From positions 6,138,001 to 6,202,000 of the forward strand of contig NC_135259.1 of assembly GCF_964204865.1 (NCBI RefSeq): a stretch of DNA of 64,000 nucleotides, read 5' to 3'. The first letter of the stretch is position 1. Each line of letters starts with the position of its first letter. A program made the position numbers and the translations under genes. Shown here one piece after another: positions 1-15,200 of this stretch. The notes beneath the pieces were generated by a model that had not been told where the DNA came from, made no database searches, and saw only the letters and a program-made list of their open reading frames with translations. This DNA comes from Styela clava. Lineage: Eukaryota.

Positions 1-208
1 GACAAATGATCATAGTCGCAATGTATGCCCATTATGCCAGTATATTTGGTAATAACCCCAGTTTGATTAAAGTTAAGAAGCCTCAGATTCTTGTTTTAGC
101 ATAAAGTCACAGTACAAGAAATATGATATCATAATACAAGTTTTAGTTAGGTGGAGATAGGGAGATTCTCATACACATGTAGCTATGAGATCGTTTATTT
201 GAACTTAC

Positions 209-3200
209 AAGATTTCCGTGATGCATTTCGAGATCTTTTCCTTCTATGAACAGTTCTTTCTTGTGGAGTTTGTGTGGCAACTTTAACCAATTCATCCATA
301 ATTTTTTCGTCAGATCGATCGTCAGCAATTGCTTTTCGAGAGTGTCGCCTTCTCACTGGTGCTTCTTCTGCTGGTGGACCACCATTCATTTCGCTATTTA
401 TAACGTGGCCATTAGCGACTGGAGAAGTTGGTTCTTTCTTAACTGTAGATTATAAAAAGTTGATAAAAATTGTAATTATTGTGGGATATATATTTATAGG
501 GCGCTTATTCATGTCTCTTTTCACTTCGAGTAAGGCCCTATACAAATTTCAACTGATATTTAACGATATATCAGGAGCTACTATTATTTGGAAGCACTAC
601 AATTTTTTCTCATTCGACATTGTCTACCCCATTTATTACATCATGGGCATGCTATTTGAACCCAAGATGTAATCTGTGATGCCAACACAGTGAAGTCCAA
701 AGCATTATTCTAGGTCAAATTGCCTAAGTGAGTCACATCTACAAGTTTAAAAACTGAACTTTTCGCTGTTCAAAACAACTTTTCAATTATATTCGCTTTG
801 GATTTAAGGTTTACAATGACAGTGCACCATTCAATTGATTATAATCTATCAACTCAGTGCACTTAACTATGGTATGCTTATAAATTAATTTAAATTACAA
901 TGGTAACAAGACTGACCTCTTGAGCTTCTTGACCGTTGTCTTCTATCAACTCGTACATCTCCTGCACCAAGTTTTAATGCAGATTCCATTTTCATTTGTT
1001 TCACTTGTTCCTCTGTGTGTGAAAATTTTCGCGTCTGAAATGAATAATCATATTTTTGCAAAGAATATGAATATTTATATATTTTCCTTTCCAAAGTCAT
1101 TTCATGCAAGTTTGAAAAACATGATAAATGCATAGTTTATTTTTTGAATCGATTTTATTTATTTATTTCGGATAAATGGTGAACAATCATCACAAGATCA
1201 TATTGGAAAAAGGAATTTTAAAACATTTCAAGTACATAAGGAACAATGAAGGTCCTGAATAGTCACCTAAAAGTATCTTTTCTTTTCATAATAAAGTATT
1301 ACAATATTCAATGCAATGTGGAAAAGAAACTGTACAAAAGTATTTTATGATCCAGAAAATAGTGCTTATGACCTGATGTTGTATGTTATTGAATAAAATT
1401 ATGAAAAAAAAGCTTTGTATGACATTGAAGAGCCTTTTGTTACACGGCTTTATTGATAAAATAAATACGCTTTGTTACAAGCAAAATATAAGAATGATTT
1501 AAAAATTGTATTGTGATATTTCACACATTTTATTTCACGGGTGCAACAGACGGCCCGCGGGCCACAACCCAACCAGCCAAGCAAGCCACTTCGTATGGCC
1601 CTTTTAACACTCAGATTTTTCTCCATCAAACATAAAATCTTGATCTGACAAGTTATATTTGTAACTCATTGTGTGCATGGAATAACTAAATTTTCAGTGT
1701 TTCCCAGATAGATGTCTGAGGTTGGTTATACGGCCAACCGACAAAAAACGTTGCACACCCCTGTTCTAATGCAAATGTTTACTGTAATAATATAATTTTC
1801 ATATAAGTTATTCATTCTGTATAGTGCATATGACGTGCATGAATATGTAAAAGGAAATTATCTCCAAAATTTTGCATTGTGAAACAAAAAAGTGAGATAA
1901 TTTTAAGTGAGAAAAAAATAGAAGAAGTGCAAAAAGAAGATTTTGTGTTATGATAGATACTAACCATGTGAAATACAAAATCATCTGGTTCTTCACTTGC
2001 ATCAGAGAATATTTCCTCCTCGAATATTGAAAAAAGAAGAGGAAATAGAGAGAAGTGAATAAAAGAGAAGAAAGTAGAGGAATCACAGTCTTTAGAACCA
2101 TAAGTTATAAATATTGATTCTTGATTGAATATAAAATAAACACCATTGCAAGTACAGACTCATTGGTTTTTCATAAATAGTATTTTCCAGCTTGGCATTT
2201 ATTTTTTCATAGTTTTAATAAACTATCCTTCCTACTTGGTTTGAAAATTTCTAACTATAATACCATCCTAAAATTTTTATGCAATATTTCTAATCATAAG
2301 TGTTTATGCTTATGTGGTAATCAATTGCTTCTGTGTATAATATCATTATTTTTATTACTCTATAGAAGTTTTTCTAGGGCAGGAAGGAATTCCGCTGTTC
2401 GGGACAATTTTTTTTTGTTTCATTCAGTACTATTGTAATACATATTTATAAACACATTATAAACTATTCAAACAGTGCCAAAGCCAGAGTGCGAGTTGTA
2501 AGTATCACTAAGTAAGTAAAGCCATTTAAAATTGAATAACTAACGGAAACCGAAAAATTTGGAGTTTCAAAATAGGCAAAGGGCGGAATATTTCAAAAAA
2601 GGTTGGAAACCACTGCTCTATAGCGTTTTTCTGAAATTCATTTTCAAATGAATACTTTTCAAAGTGTTTGAGTGTGATCATATTACTGCAACTGAAATTG
2701 TTAGAACAGTCTACCACATATGATCACTTTACAAATTGTATAAAAAATGTGTTTCTCTTTGCATTCATACCTCTGTGATCATTTTTCCTCTTGTTTTACT
2801 TCTTTCTCCTCTTGTTTGTTTCTTTTGTTGTTGTGTGACAACTCGTTCTCTCGAAGTACGATATTCGAGTGCGAACTCAGAAATTAATCGACAAAACGAT
2901 TGAACTTCCATTTTTGACGCATCCTCGGGTGACATTCCAAAATAAACTAAAGTTTGATGAAACCTGTAGAGGATATTTAGATTAATTAAACTGAATCATG
3001 GATAATTAGGAAGGCGCTATGGCCTAGCAGTTTGGGCATTAGACTCGACTGCTTTGGGGCCGGAGATTACACATCCCATGCCCCCGCATCACCCATGGTA
3101 AATATAATAAATTGGGTAGTTAATACCAAACCGGATAGATTCTGGTCCTTTTAAATAAATCAGTGGTTCCCAAAGTTGATTGACCGGGGGTCAAAATTAG

Positions 3201-6200
3201 AAGCGGATATTCGCGGGCCAAAGGAGGTGTGCACCCGCAAAGGGCCGATACCGTTACATATATTTAAGATACCGGTATAGTTGAATTGTTACAAATATAC
3301 ACATGCTGAAATTGGGATAAAGACATAACAATTGGTGGTATCTGGAACGTTGAGGAAAAAAAACATATGGTGTTAAACTATTTCACTTAAGTTCGGTGGG
3401 CCATATTAAATCGTTTCGCGGCTATTTTGGTCAGTAAATAGCCCGGGGGCTGGATTTTGGGAACCACTGTTTTAAATGATAGCAGTTCGTCACATACTAT
3501 CAGGGACTGCTTTTATAGGGTCATTTTCGAAATGAAAGGCGTGGATAACCACAGTATAAAAATACTATCAGTTTTCAAAAGTAGTTGAACAGTGAGTGTT
3601 TTCTGACATAAAATACTCAATGTAAGATTATAGTCTACTTGAAAATTTATTTTTTCACTTTCGAGTGAGTGTGTGTGTGACCTTTGAGTAACAAAATCCA
3701 TTCAATAAAACTATACTGTTATAAACTTTGTTCCATAATTTTAAAAGAAGAAGACAAGGATTTTACAACAAGTGTTAAAGTAAATGAATTCTATGCATGT
3801 ACCTGTTTATCAATCGTCTGTGTACAACACCTAATGTTATAATACGCTGTGCAGAACTTAGTAAAAAGTCAGACATTTTGTTTCTTTGTGTTGCTTTCGT
3901 TTCGTGCTTTGCAATAGTTTTGAGATGATCCCACGATTGTTTGCAACGAGATTCAAGATTGTCTAAAGTTTCCTCTAATGTAGGGAAGTCACCCTGCAAA
4001 ATAGTCATGGAAATATTGGATTCCATTTTAAATGGAAGTATAAAAACACCTGATAAAAGTTTCAAATAGCAGAATGGCTGAGGGTGGAGTTGTAATATAG
4101 ATAATTTCAATTGCTTGTCACCTAAAAACTTCAACAATCAACCAAAATTTGATTTAGTGCTTTAATGAAAATTTCATAAAACAATATTTATATGCATGGT
4201 TATATTAACTCAAAATCACCCTTACCCTTGATGCTCTGGTTATCGATCCAATATCAGAATACAAATCTGTTGTATTGGGGAAATGTTCAAGTACCAATTG
4301 TGTTAAATGGTGCAGTAAAGACTGTTTGTGAACTGTGTCTTTGACTTCAGGAACTTTGGCAAGATATTTAATATCAAATCCATTCGCCTGTAATACAAAA
4401 ATAGAGAATATTCAATCATTAAAATGAGAGCAATTTTATATGTGCCCTGATATCAGGAAGCATGAATTGATTGAAATCAGATTCTCGGCGGTTGGCGAGT
4501 GCTAGGAATACGCTTGTAATCGCAACTCTAAATACTATGAACGGGATCGCATGTTTGATACATGTGGGGATAATTACACGTGTGAGAGAATTACTGGTCT
4601 CTTCGCTCATGAAAGGTGGTAAACATACCCACTGGTTGGTTCATTCATTATTCCCATACCAGATGTGCACTGGTAACCAGACAGTAACTTCATGGTTTGG
4701 CATATGAAATACCTGTCTTATTGAGCCAGTTTATTAGTGTCTACCTTGTGTATCATTACATGTAAACACTTCAATCAACTCGCTCATGCGTGTAACCTAT
4801 TTTCGTTGCGCTTTTCAAGTGTGTTGTCCTAATTGTATTCATTCCTTGTTAAGTTGTCTTAAGAGTCTGTTGTTGTTTACGTTTAATATTATTTGTCACA
4901 AAGAACTTGTGTGTTGTATTCGGGGTGACGGACTGTGGCAGAATCCAATAATATACATCCATACTGGCGTTGGCTCTTCTCTCCCCCAGAATACATATGA
5001 AAATCGTATCCAAATGAAATATTGAATTGCAACAGAATATTATCTTGGCACACTTCATTAATAATTTCAACTCCCCCTCATGAATTACTGTATTATATAG
5101 TTCTGTGACATATCAAAAACATTTAAATACCTTAGTTCCATTCAAAAAGTTTCCAACACTTTTCAAAACTGCTAGAATGCATCTGAATGTTTTATTTTCT
5201 CTCAACTGCTTCATACCATCTCGTAAATCTGTTAGAGGTTCAGCAATTTCCTGGAAAAAGGTAGTTTACATAGCAATGAGAATTGAGCAATTACATAAAT
5301 TAAACTAGCACTCATTATGGATTTCACTGACATAAATACAGTTTTGGTAGCAAGTGAAGATAGAAAACACACAAACCTTTTCTAATGCTTCATAATCTAA
5401 TTTAAAAGACCAAAGATGTAATCTTGCTGAAAGTTCACTTATGGACGAAAGCGTGAGAAGAAATTGTTCCGCACTTCCGAGTGGAATATCAGGGTTTTGT
5501 TGCATAGCATCTTGAATCTTAACTTTTTCTTCTTCTGTGGGAATCATCGTTAGTAATTTCTAAAAAAATTGTTTTCAAAAGTTTATTAGAAAATTATTGA
5601 TTTATTGGAAACCCAATTGCAGTCCATGGGCTAAACTGAAACATTAAACCAGTGTTTCTCAACCAGAGAGAAATTCCTCCCCAAGGAGGAATTTCGCTGT
5701 TTGTGAGGAAAATATACTGCTTTGTATTCGACGCAGTTTTACTAATATTCTATAATTTACTAAAATTGTAATATACAGGGTGTCCAAAAAGTTTTGCCTG
5801 ATTATAAAGTCTTTATAATCAAATTTTTTTTTTTTTAATTTTAAAAAAGATTTATAGTCAACCTGTTTCTAATTGGAATTGGATGTTGAATGTTGTAGTC
5901 CCCATTTATCATACAACCAAATTTATTCAAATTTGCAATTGGTATGCTATGAAATTGGGTGGAACTTTTTGGACACCCTGTATAGCCCATTTATGGGGAC
6001 AATATAAACTATTCAAACCATGCAAAGGCAGAGTATGAGTTCCGTGTAACACTAGCAAATACAAAAAACAAATAACCAAAACAGGGTTTTTGTGCATATT
6101 GAATGAAGGAGATATTAAGGATCCAAAATAGGCAAAGGGGCAATATAAAAAAAGTGTTTAGGAGCCAATGCATTAGACCTGTATCCATATTCATGAGGAT

Positions 6201-9200
6201 TTATATACAGCGCAAAGCCAAGCATTTAATCTCATGATAAAGATTATGAAGTGCTTCCGACTTCCAACCTTCAAATATTTACAAGGTTGCCAGTTAGCCT
6301 AACAAATGACAAGTGGCAATTGAAACATTTCAAGAACTCAAACCAAGATACTCGTAAGTGATTAAACACTGGTAGAAGAAGAAGTATAAAGGATGAATAA
6401 TCGCGCAGCAAGCAAAAAAAATAGCTTTTTCATATTTGAATAAAAGGTAATATTGATTAGTCTTATTTATAACTAAGTAGTTTATCATTAACAATTTTTT
6501 CTTTATTCAATTTGAATTTCAAGCATTCTATGTGGTTTGTTTAAGAGATGCATGACTGGTATACAAGCCAAGAATTACATACACACATTTTAGATGGCCT
6601 ATTTCAATAATGATTACAGAAAAATAAAATAAATAAATTTGTAACAAACAGAATATGTTCTTGTTATAAATTTTGATATCGCATAAGACAAATAAAGAAT
6701 GATGATTTGTGTAAGAGGACCAAAAATCTTTCCCGATAACTTGAGTTACTGGTATGTGGAATTCGCTACTACATTGCTATTTTCCTAAGTTTTTATCCCA
6801 TATTTTACGATTGAAATCTCCCAAATTCAGTCAAGTGTAACGCACCTCAATTTGCTCTTTATTTAAAGCATATTCATCCATATGTAAGATTGCTGATTTT
6901 ATTGTACGTGGTGGTGGAAGCACTGTCAATCCAATATTGATTGCATTTGAACGTTTTGGATCCAAAATTATAATTCGGTTCTTTTTGTCTATTTGTTGTT
7001 TCTGAAAAAATTGTGAAAAAAGAAAGTTGACGAACATGATATAATTTTCAAATAGAGAAGTATAAATTAATGTTAATTTATGTAGAAAAATGCTGCTGGA
7101 AATATCATTCCTGGAAAACAGATTTTTCTAATGAAAATATATTGTTCCCCCAAATATAGTACTATTGAATACACTATCAATGTCAATAATGTTATATATC
7201 TTTGTGATGTATTTGCATAATTACACTAAATAAACTACATAATTTGAAGAAAAGCTTTCTCACAACATTTTTTAATAAGAATTCAACAAGCAGCAAAATC
7301 ACACTTAATAAGAGAAAATGCATATCTTTTTGGAATATAACTGAAACTGCAGTTCTGATTCTGCACATTTTACACCTAATTTTATACCTTTACAATATCC
7401 TTTGTCCTCAATTCAAACAAATGCAAAATTTTGTCTTCGTTGATTTTGACGTCTTCAATATCTTGCCAAACTGATGGAACTTTTTGACCAAGAGATTCTG
7501 TTTTACTTTTAACCTGGGTTTTTTAAAAGAAAATACTGATATGTAATGTATAAAATACAAGTAGAAAATAATGATTCTAGAAAAAGGTAGCCAAAGATAA
7601 ACTGAAGTTGGAATGAGGGTATATTTACAAAAGAGTAATAAATATTCGATTCCACATAACAATGGTTCCAAGACAAAGGGACAAATGCTGAAATTTGGAA
7701 AAAAAATTCATTTAAGATTTTTCTTGCTACTATAAAACCTACACATTAACTCCTTCAATCGTCTTGTAAAAAAGGCCACAAACGGATCTGATCCATCAGT
7801 ATATGAAATGTTGAGTGAAGAATAAGCAGAACACATCCGACAACACAAACATATATTTAATTTACATTTAATTAAAACTAATATTCACCTCTTTCCAAAA
7901 AAGTCTTACTGTTCTTCGTTTCATGCTTTGTGGGGAATTTGGAGGCGGTGTGGGGCTGCATGCTGGTGGAGGCGGGGGTGGGGCCATCGGAGGTGGTGGA
8001 GGAGGTGGAGGCCCCATGCCGGGTGGAGGAGGAGGTGGTGGTACAGAACCAGGAGGATATGTTGACATAGGCAATTTTGGTTTCGCTAAAATGTCAATAT
8101 CATCTTTTTCAGTGAGATCAGTGAAATCAAAATCTGAGACAAGCAGAGATTGCTGTAGAAATAAGAGAGTTTTAAACAAGTTTAAAAAATGCAAAGAGTT
8201 GAAAATACTTTAAAAATTTCATGGGAATTTTACCTATATTTGAACAGTCTAAAAATCAAGTCAAAAAAGTGTTTTTATATTCTATTGCTACCAGTGAGAA
8301 TTTGGGTTAAGTAAAATTTATAAAAAAAAATTGAAATTTAGTATAAAATAGTAAACTAAATTTGCAGAAAGTATGAAATACAAAAAATGTTAGCCAGCAG
8401 CAATATGTATTTACAGGGTAACTGAAAGAAAAAGAACCCAAGTCATTTGGAACATATTGTAGAGAGAACATAACTTTTGTGCATAACATTTTAGATTAAT
8501 GAAACTTTGAGGTACAATCATACACAAACAGAAGTTTGAGTGTTGAAGATATTTTCCTCATTTCTATACAAGTAACTATAGAAAGTAATGAATTGGCTAA
8601 TATAGTACTAATCTGGTTTATGATCCACAGCATGATTAAGCCATTTTCAACTTTTTTTTACAAAAATTGGTATTAAACTATATTATACCTTAGAACTTTG
8701 AAGCAATAGTTTTTCCCACATTATATCACTGTCTTTCTTAGGTTTGGCAGGTTCAGGGCTGAGTGTTCTTTCTACTTTATTATTTTGTTCTGGCAAGGTT
8801 TGTGGTGTTTTCATTGGTTTTCCACCAAACATTTTTTCCATGGCAGCTTTTGCTGAACTGATGGACATGTCAGAGGGTTCAGAGTTATTTGAACTTTCAT
8901 TTTCTATTACAGGGGTAGTTTTTAGAGTGTTTTTTTCACTTGGGGTTTCTGAAACACCATTTTCTTTTAATACAGCTGCTTCAGTTGAACCCTCAGATCC
9001 ATCATCGCTTTCTGACCCCTGTTTCAATGCAACGGCTTGATTTGCATAAAGCATGTCCATCATAAATTTTTGATTATTAGAAATAACATCCCCTGAAGGT
9101 GTCATCAACCCACTGTGTTTTTTCGGCGACGCCGTTAGTTGAGTGGGCTTTTGAATAGCTGGTGATAAACTTAAAGAAGCTGGTAATGGTGTGTTGTTCT

Positions 9201-12200
9201 TTTTGACAATTTCTGGAACGTTTGGGGCAACATCTTCCTCAATTTCAATCGTATCTGCGTCCATTCGGATTTTGGGATGTTGAGAACCATTCGTATGGTT
9301 TGAGACACCGTTAACCATAACTTGTGGATGTTTTTCAGGACTTTCCTTACTTTGATCGCTGTCCATCTTATGAAAATTTGATCTTCTCATACGCGCTGAA
9401 AGTAGAAAGATGGTAGGTGTGAATATGTGAATATAAATAATTAAATGCTGAGCTTAGATTCTGTGTTAAACTTGTCAAATATGGAATGAAAGCTTCCAGA
9501 GGGAAGAGCTAAATAGAAAATATCTTCCATTCTTATATCGCTATTCTAGAAAATATTTACCATTCTTTATCGCTTCATTATATACAAATCAGCTTATGTT
9601 ACATTTCAATGTTTTGAGAAAATTGCATTTTTGTAAAAGTTCTAGTTATAACAGCCTCAAAAATGGACCTAAGTCCCACCTAAAAAAAAAACTAAAACAA
9701 GCTCAGCTTTTAAAACCAGACCAAAGGGTGGCTCCAAGTTCACAATGAGAGAAGATTAAAAGTGCACTTCTGAAAAAATGTGACATAAGCTAAATTAGTT
9801 TTACTGAGGCGATATCGGCCAAGATTGAAAAAATACATCGAAACAGTAAACCACAATGTAGTAGAATGATGCAGCGCATACAAAGTAGTGTGGCAATTAA
9901 CACACTGCCTAGTGCAAATATCAAAACACATGTTGAAAAAACTGAACAAATTGGCTTTCATGACTTACCTCTTGTGCTTATTTCCAGCATCTTACTTGAT
10001 GATGATCTGACTGGTGGAGGTGGAGGAGAAGTCGTACCATTCGTGATGGGAACTTCACCTGAACAATCAAAAAATATTTTTCATTCCATTTCAATTTCCA
10101 ATTTTTCAACACGTTGTGATGTCATAAAAGAAGAAAACAACAACAATGCTTTGATACAAAAGTGATTAATGTGATTTTGCTAAATATTCTCAAATAAAAT
10201 AATTATCATAATTGGAAGACATAAGCTTTCATTTAAATCATCCGTAATGCTTTTAACCCTTTTTCTTTCGTTTGTTGGCTTAATATTATTAAATATAGTG
10301 CATAAAAAAACTGAGGGAAACACATTAAAAGCAAAATTGGGTATTTTGATAAAAGGGTTGAAAGTCTTTGAAAGTGGGCCATGGATCATGAAAGTCTAAC
10401 AACAACCAGGATAAAGGATAATATAAAGAAATTTAAGTTACTAGAAGTAAAATAACTAAAATACATACCATTCTGTGAGTCTGGTCTATTATTGAGAGCA
10501 TTCTGTTGTTTGCTCAAAAATTCCGCTCTCCTAAAAAATACATGGAATATTTTAAATTTTTTTTATTTTCATATATGAACTGCAAGCAATGTTTAAAAGA
10601 ACGGAAAATTGAAAATCATTCCTAACTATTTTTTATATTTACTCATATATCTAAGCAACACATTGAACATTATCTTGAAAAAATCAGTAAATGTTGAAAG
10701 TGTTTTAGATTCAGATCGATGCCTCACAGATATTTTGATGTTTGATGATTTGTGGTTGACAAGTTACAGTGCAAAGTTATTAAACAAAGCAAAAACCCTA
10801 CACAGATAATCGTTTGAAGCATTTATTTTGAAAATATGTCGTTATTTAGCAAACACCAAAGTCACAACCACGACTGCGTCAAGGCCAATGAAGCAAAACA
10901 TAAATGTCATTTTGGAATTTAAATGGGATTTAGTCTCCTTAAAGTATTTCTACTTTTCCACGAAATTGCTCGATTAGAAATTATGCATCATATAGAGCAA
11001 TTGAGGTGATATTAATCATTAAACCATGGGTGTGCAACCTCATTGGTGTGGTGGAACCTGGTTTAAACATTCTCGATGCTTGAGGAACACCTTTGCAATA
11101 ATTTAAAAGTTTTATCAATAAATAAATATACAGATTGTCAATAAAGTCCCTTCACAATTTCAGTTTCGTTACGAAGTCAGTTCTCAATACATCTTAACCA
11201 GGTTTGTTGCTTTATAATCAGTAATTTTTTAAGCATTTTTTCTTCATTTAATACATCTGTGAGGGTCAAAACAATATAATATGGTATTGATAAATTTTGC
11301 AATTTCAAAACACCCTATATGTATAAAGCGAACCTAATACTGCACGAACAAAATCTTTTAAGTGCAACAAGTTTAATAATAGTGGCAAACCTAATAGGTA
11401 ATCGATTATATTCACACAATACACATATAATAATATACTCTCGGACTTGAATGTAAACTTGCCAAACTCCTTGACTGTAGTGGCGGAACCACTGAATTAA
11501 ACACATATGTAATGATTAATGAATACTACTTCTCTAATGATATGATGAAAAATTTAATTTTTTTATATGAAGCTAATATCCAACATTTCACTCTGAACAA
11601 GGCCCTGAGCAAGCAACTACTGATATCTATATATATGTGAGGATATACTAATTTTGAAAGAGCTGGAATATTCACAATTTGGCATTGTCTACCCAAATTT
11701 TGGTGCTCCCGAAGTATTCCTACCCAGATGGCGCACAACCTGAACATAGTATGAGTACCAGGTTAGGTTTGTTCAGGTTGTTCGTCATCTTGGTACGAAT
11801 ATTTCCGGAGCGCCCAAATTTTTTATACCCTGGGTGAAGTGGTGGGCATGGGATTTGAGTACAGATAGGGAACCTGCAATGCCAAACTAGTTGAGTATAA
11901 CGGTTTACCCACTAGTTCCCAAAGTTTAGTTTGAAGAAGATGTTTTGGATATTCAGATTAATTTAATTTTTCAAATAAAGTCACATAAGAACAGAATCTC
12001 TAGCCTATTGCGCAACAATAAAACCATTAAAGTTCATCGCTATGCTCAATTAAAATGGAATTTAATTTTTCGCAGAATTTTCACATCTCCACATATATAA
12101 ATCGAATCTTATAGTATAGTAATATAGTAAATTTTCATAGATTCGTCAACAAATGAATGTTTACAAATAAGAACATCAGATAATTATAACTCTTACTTTT

Positions 12201-15200
12201 TATCTCTATCTTCATCTCGATTTCTTCTTCGCCTTTCTCTTTCTTTTAGATCAACATTGACGGCGTTATTATATTGAACTTGACTTACAAAATTGCGAGG
12301 AGGATCCGCGTTCACTGATGGCCTGATAAAAGACGCATAATAAAGTTACACTGAGGAGCAGATGTCAACAAACTTGGTTATATTTAACAACAGCAGTTTA
12401 GTTATGCTGGAGTTACATAATTCTTGGACAATATTTCATTTTAACTCTGTAAAGGATGGAGAAGGATTTTCACTAATATTGCTAAGTTTCTTAATCTTAT
12501 TGTAATATCTATTTATTTGAACATTATAATTTATTCAAACTGTTCAAAAGCCAGATTGCAGATTGTACATAAGACTAGCTAAGGCCCCTAAAATATTCAA
12601 CAAAAACCATAAACAGAATTTTCTGCATAGTGAGAGAGAAATAAAGAGATATAAAATAGGTAATAGTGAGAAATATATTAAAAAAAGGTTGAAAACCATT
12701 GGCTTAGATCAGGGTTGGGCAAAGTTTTTTAAAATAAAAGCCGCATGCAGCAAGTCAGAAATATGGAAGAGCCACATAATTTTTGAAAATTTTTAATATT
12801 AGAGCTCATTAAAGCATTTTGCATTGTGAATGTTACATTAGTACTAATTTGGGAGATGCACCTTTGTCCAGTGCTACGCGAAACCAGCGTTTGGGCTATT
12901 ACTCGCTTCGTGTTGTTGGGATCCAAGACTGCGACAACATCAGCAAATTTTATTTCACAAAATCACAGTCATGGGTTTTAGCATGAGTTGTTGTTCCCTC
13001 AAGATAAATATGTGAATCCTATCTATCACGGTATACCGCCAACAACAAACATTTGACCATTGCGAAACGTAAGATTTGTCGCTTGAATGATTTGGATAAT
13101 AATTAATGCTAGCGAGAAGAACCGCATTAAATCTCTTGCGATTTACCCACCGTTGGCTTAGATGATGGAACAAGTTAAAAAAGTCAAATTGTTGTCTGGA
13201 GGGATGGTGCGTAATAAATTTTTCATTAATCTATACTAAAACAGTCTTTCGAATCCTTCATGAAAGTGAATTCAAACTTTATCTCGATTATTATCACTCG
13301 AATAATAACAACTCGAAACCACTTAACGATTGATTTCGTTACAGCAGGCACTTGAACTAAACATTGACAGCAAAATATGAATAGATGAACACATATTGAG
13401 TGTAATTGACCTTTACATTGTGTTTGTGTGTTATTTATAATGTATTGAAACAAACAAAGAAACTAAAACAACAATATAAAGCTTTCAATGGAAGAAGTGC
13501 TGAGATGATACTTTGAAGAATCAACCAATACACAGAGACAAAGGATTGAAGAGAAAAGTGTTTTCTCTATATAATTATAATAGGTATAATATATATACTG
13601 TAAAGTTAAAAGTAGAAATAATCTTATTGAGGCAAGAAAATATAACTTGTCCAGTGAGATATAATATATAGATATAATATATTTTTTCATATGACAGTTA
13701 TTCACGCTTTTGCTCTAAACGATTCCAACATACATAAACATACAACAAGTCACTGATATCCAACAACATGTGAGTAGTTACCATATATTCGATTCAAAAC
13801 CAGATTCCTACTTACTTTTTCACAAGCCATGGTTTAGGACTTATGGTTGGATCAGCTTGTGGTGATGCAGGCTCTTGTTGTTCTGCCTTCTTTGTTTGTT
13901 GCAATTCCAAATGTTGCTTTGATAACTCATGCCTTCGATTTCGACTTCTTTTATTAAACTGTGGTGTTTCTGGTGCAGGATTGATAGATGGAGTGGACGG
14001 AGTACTTTTGCTGTGTTCTTCCGCGGGAGGAGGGGCAAATTTTTCAGGACTTGATACTTCGATTTGTTGAAATAAATTTGCTGAATGACGGCGAACACTT
14101 TTTCTTGGAACCTCGAGTTCTGATTTAGTTCGTTCTCTGTTCCATCTAAAATAAGAGGGTGAATTAAGTCTTATGTTTGTTTTAGAGGTGAATGTAATAG
14201 TAATAGACAAATATTGATGGTTTGGAAAACCAGAACTCTGTGAAGCATACAGGCATGCGGAATGAAATTCTCATTCCCTCTGGTTTCTTATCATCTTTTT
14301 GGATCTTTCAACCTAAGTGAAATGATCGTACTTGCCATACGGCTCCTAACATAAAAGCAGTACTGGGTCTCATGCCAAACAATGAATTCTAGTTCTATGG
14401 TAATTATGGGTAATGGTAAGCAACTGAGTGAGAGTAAGAATCCCTGTTTAATAAGTTTCCACATAATAAAAATTGTGAGTGTGCTCAGCTACGTTGTGAT
14501 ATATTTGTCATTGTTTGAGGTAATGTAGAATAACTAACTACTTATCATTAATGTTCTATTTTTACACTTCGTCAGGCACAGTATTGATTTGTTTGAAAAC
14601 AAGAAATATATTTTCGTTCTCAAAACAACTGATAGGTGGGCAACAGATTGATATTTGGAAAAGTATGCTTTTTTGTATGGTGACAAGTCAGCCACAACCA
14701 GTACTTGTATTGTATATATTCAAACTTTTCAAGTAGGTTAAAAATAAACTAATTTCAAACTCTTGAGAGCATTCCAAACAAACTGTCACAAGAATAAAGA
14801 CCTCATAAGAGAGGGTTTTCCTCTGATTTTTTTTTTATTGTATTGTTAGTGTGTAGAATTCCAGAATAGCAAAATGTTTTGATATAATCTTGATTAATGA
14901 ATATGTACATTTATATATCATGATATTGGAAGCAATGTTCTATAAACAATGGGTACTACAGACATTAAGATACAGACATTAGATAAGTTTTAATTACACA
15001 CAAAAGAAAAAATAAGTAATATAGAGTCCTATTACTCTGTGTTTCATTCTAAACATTGTTGCCTTTAACATATTGCTTAAAGATTTAAACAAACACATAA
15101 CAGTATGTTTAAATAATATTTAAAATTCCCTTCTATGAAATTTGTCATTCGACTCTACAAACTAAATGAATGGACCGAACGAAGTAGGATATTTATATTT

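Noticed and set aside
195-208. ORF-track stop (..RKSCKFK*) as the FHOD C-terminus
   Set aside because: A strong GTAAG donor follows TCT-T at 209, and FHOD proteins continue RKSLRRTL; the true last exon is probably outside the window.
3010-3100. tRNA gene
   Set aside because: Only an A-box-like TGGCCTAGCAG with no complete cloverleaf; more likely a decayed SINE head.
7923-8213. Glycine-rich plus-strand ORF
   Set aside because: Antisense shadow of the FH1 poly-proline exon.
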